This document shows, one piece after another, positions 60,701 to 64,000 of a stretch of DNA of 64,000 nucleotides. The position numbers and the translations under genes are program-made. The DNA comes from Macrostomum lignano (Eukaryota), in the NCBI GenBank assembly GCA_002269645.1, contig NIVC01002923.1, positions 1 through 64,000 on the forward strand, given 5' to 3'. The notes beneath the pieces are model-generated. The model ran no database searches and was not told where the DNA came from. It saw only the letters and a list, made by a program, of their open reading frames with translations. Position 1 is the first letter of the stretch. The number at the start of each line of letters is the position of its first letter.

Positions 60701-61557
60701 AGACTTGAAGACGGTTGTTAGACAGCGGTGTCAGCTGTTAGACAGGGATATCAGCTGTTAGACAGGTATATCAGCTGTTAGACAGGGATATCAGCTGTTA
60801 ATCAGGGATATCAGCTGTTAGACTTGAAGACGGTTGTTAGACAACGGTGTCAGCTGTTAGACAGGGATATCAGCTGCTAGACAGGTATATCAGCTGTTAG
60901 ACAGGGATATCAGCTGTTAGACAGGTATATCAGCTGTTAGACAGGGATATCAGCTGTTAATCAGGGATATCAGCTGTTAGACAGGGATATCAGCTGTTAG
61001 ACAGGGATGTCAGCTGTTAGACAGGGATGTCAGCTGTTAGACAGGAATGTCAGCTGTTAAACAGGAATATCAGCTGTTAGACAGGTGTCATGTGTTAGAC
61101 AGAGATGTTAGCTGTTAACAGGAATGTCAGCTGTTAGACAGGGATGTCAGCTGTTAGAAAGGAATGTCAGCTGTTAAACAGGAATGTCAGCTGTTTGACA
61201 GGGATGCCGGATGTTAGATTTCATCTGTTAGATAGTGTCAAACAACCGTCTGTTAGACAAGAAGAGTGGTCAACGTGTCATTACGCTGTAAGAAAACTCA
61301 CTGACAAAGCAGTTAAAGAATTTTAAAATAGCAGAGTGGCTGAGCTTTCCCAGCAGTTTTGCCTCGTGAATGGCTTCAACAGTTTCCTCGGGGTCCAGTT
61401 CGCCGATGTGCACCTCCTTTAACACTTTGAACTTCTCCGCGCTTCGTAAATCTTCCACTAAGTAGGCGGTGCCATAGGCGCCCTTTCCAATCTTTTTCAG
61501 TAATTTGTAGCGATTGCTGAGAATCCGAGGTTTTGAAAGCTGCCTCCCTGAGGCCAT
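57769..61557 (-). CDS. NEK11: NIMA-related kinase NEK11-like, 4 exons, ~523 aa
   Basis: Exons 61557-61302, 60695-60348, 59749-59252 (donor least certain) and 58238-57769; 1572 nt in frame. Motifs: IGKGAYG, VLKEVHIGELDPEET, HRDLKTKN, KIGDFG, GTPYFMSPELLKHQGY, KSDVWS. The C-terminal PELADTYY and VEQLVFLE motifs match NEK11 as I recall it. Confidence 0.9.
58255..59115. repeat. 22-bp minisatellite with higher-order units, NEK11 intron 3
   Basis: atgggatttgaatgatgcattt units interleaved with gggattcggaatgcgacg units. Confidence 0.95.
59855..60148 (-). mobile_element. tRNA-derived SINE, family 2, NEK11 intron 2
   Basis: The minus-strand head ggggcagagcagctcagtag...ggttcgatccc contains A and B boxes. 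There is an internal 18-bp duplication x4. Related copies lie at 36130-36410 and as a 3' fragment at ~52845-52880. Confidence 0.75.
60696..61260. repeat. 20-bp minisatellite (cagctgttagacagggatat), NEK11 intron 1
   Basis: About 28 units running right up to the exon 2 acceptor. Confidence 0.95.
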
Positions 61558-63584
61558 TCTTTAACCTGGAGATATGTTAGCGGCAATCTCTAATGCACGC
61601 ACTTGAATATTTCTTTCTTTTTCTACATTTCTTTTATAAAGCTATAAATATTTTTTTAATATCATAAAATTAATATCATTTTATTATTTTATCATTCTCG
61701 ATAATTTTAGCGTAAAGAAAACCTTAAGTACCACCAGGAATGTATATAAAAATAAATATAATATGAAATATAGTATGCTACATATTTATTGCCCATCAAT
61801 TGTTGAAATTTGTAAAATGCAAAAGCCTAAAATGCAACAGCAAACATCAAGTACATTTCTTGTCATAAATATTTAAGGCAAGTTCATATAATACGAGCGT
61901 AATACTATACAACATAATGTATGCACTAACAACCAATACTGCATTTCTTTTATTTTAGATGCAAAACCTAAATTCTGATATTCTCTTTTAATAGGCTGGG
62001 ATAAATTATTTTTTTGTAATGAATCATGTTAGTTTAAAATAACATCAACTAAAAATTAGCCACAAACATATTGAAAAATAGCTTTTTTCTTGTTAAATTA
62101 ATGCTGAATATAAAACTTCTTAGCTGGCAAAGCCACAAAGTGGCAATTTTTTATGGTATGCATGCTTACACAGTGGACCTTCTCTATTTACCTAGTAGTC
62201 ACTTGCCCAATTTTTTTGTAAGTAATTATTAGCTTGTTAGTTTCTGTAGAAAGGCAACTGATAAATTATATATTTATTAATATATATATATATATATATA
62301 TGTATAATGTATGACATGAACGTGTAGTCGTGTATGGCTAGCCTATAGTTCAATAGCTGACATATCTGAAAATCTCATCAGTGGTAGTGGAAGCTTGTGG
62401 AAGCTTTGCTTCTTGAATATATAATTCTTCTAAGGACTAAATTCGGATCGTTGGACTCTAAATCTTATTCGACTAAAAAGTTCCCCCGAATCTAATTCGA
62501 ACTGCGATACGACGCTGTAAACTAGCTATAACAAAAAGTTTTTAATGATTAAAAACAACAGCTTCTGACGCTTTCTTGTAGCTTTTTATAAAAAAATTGT
62601 TGAGTTTAGATTAGAACAAGATTTGACACTGCATAAATCGGGTAACTATAATATGCAACTATTTTGCATGGCAGTACAGTACTGCTTTGATAAATTAAGA
62701 CATTACAGAAACAAAAAAATACGGGGATATCCGCTGCCCTTTCCGAATGCAGCGGATATGCAGTGTATAAAAATAGCTTACAGAGTTTCCAAGTAAAGCA
62801 ATTTGTGAAATATAGGAATTGAATTTTGTCTAAACTGTCTTGAAATGGAATTCATGTTAAATCTAATATACTAAATCTAAATGTATTAAATCCATATACT
62901 AAATTTGCACTAAAAACCGTGAAGCAGGGAGCGCCGCCAAGGCACGGCTTGCCCTCGAAGGTGAAGTTCTTCGTCTGAGCGAACGGGCACGGAGAGTCGC
63001 CGTCGCCCACAGGCGGTTCGGTCACGCTTGCTGGGCCGCCTCGCAGCTCGGCCGGTGGGGCCAGAGAGAAAATCTGCTGGCCCGATGCCAGCTTGTCCTA
63101 CGACAGGCCCGGCACCGAGGCGCTGCACGACCTGAAGAGGTCGAGAGGTCGCCGGCTCCGAGGGGCGCTGCGAGAATGGGAGCGGGGTCCAGAGGGCCAG
63201 CAGAGGGGAGATTAAGCAGAAAAACTGCTTAAAATTAATTCTAAACCTTAAAAAACTAAATTTTGAGAAAAATTGATAACGACTCCCCAAACCTAAATAG
63301 AATTTATGCGATTCCAACCGAATGATCCGTGGAAAAACGCACTTATTCATCTTTTTTCGTCAATGAAATAAGCCAAGTTCACGGATTCCATCCATATGAT
63401 AGCGCACTGACTTGTATCGCCTGATAGCATGGGGATTCCCTTTGGCAGTTGTTACAGGGAGCTGGCTATTGCGCTAAAAACAGCTCTGCCAAGTCAACAC
63501 ATCAGCCATGAGTCATGCGATGCGACAGTAAGCGCGCGTCATGATACGGTAATCCTAAGTGCATGTACGTTTTTCCTCTGATCA

Positions 63585-64000
63585 TTTCTGCCCTCTCTTG
63601 TCTACCCAATTACTGCCCTCTCTTGTCCACCCAATCACTGCCCTCTCTTGTCTACCCAATTACTGCCCTCTCTTGTCCACCCAATCACTGCCCTCTCTTG
63701 TCTACCCAATCACTGCCCTCTCTTGTCCACCCAATCACTGCCCTCTCTTGTCTACCCAATCACTGCCCTCTCTTGTCTACCCAATCACTGCCCTCTCTTG
63801 TCTACCCAATCACTGCCCTCTCTTGTCTACCCAATCACTGCCCTCTCTTGTCTACCCAATCACTGCCCTCTCTTGTCTACCCAATCACTGCCCTCTCTTG
63901 TCTACCCAATCACTGCCCTCTCTTGTCTACCCAATCACTGCCCTCTCTTGTCTACCCAATCACTGCCCTCTCTTGTCTACCCAATCACTGCCCTCTCTTG
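63585..64000. repeat. 25-bp minisatellite (ctgccctctcttgtctacccaatca), runs off the window end
   Basis: At least 16 units. Confidence 0.96.

Noticed and set aside
2804-64000. CRISPR-like appearance of the repeat arrays
   Set aside because: The units are head-to-tail with no unique spacers, there are no cas genes, and the context is eukaryotic.

Overview
Eukaryotic genomic DNA: GC-rich exons, AT-rich spacers, GT-AG introns, and minisatellites in most long introns. The style resembles a Macrostomum-like flatworm (inference only). I could hand-splice, with consistent phases, five conserved or large genes. Minus strand: an ARHGAP18/28/40-like RhoGAP (2333-5957), a PH-domain protein (6795-7445), a 1433-aa uncharacterised protein with a BC/SOCS-box-like motif (8983-16678) and NEK11 (57769-61557). 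Plus strand: an ATP10-class P4-ATPase (35190-53628). There is also a candidate small secreted-peptide gene (57174-57386). The region 17-34 kb is a transposon-rich block. Its best feature is a decayed, apparently full-length Ingi-like LINE (18155-22470, 14-bp TSD). It carries a predicted HDV-like ribozyme, a 2A-like peptide, two PHD fingers, APE, RT and RNase H. A second, 5'-truncated Ingi-like copy (22503-23339, 12-bp TSD) sits a few bases away. Removing both elements restores an in-frame polyQ exon of a spliced CCHC zinc-knuckle gene. The block also holds hAT-type MITEs, a hAT transposase remnant, a Merlin derivative and a 570-bp direct duplication. No rRNA, functional tRNA or CRISPR array was seen. 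All calls come from reading the sequence; no searches or folding programs were run.
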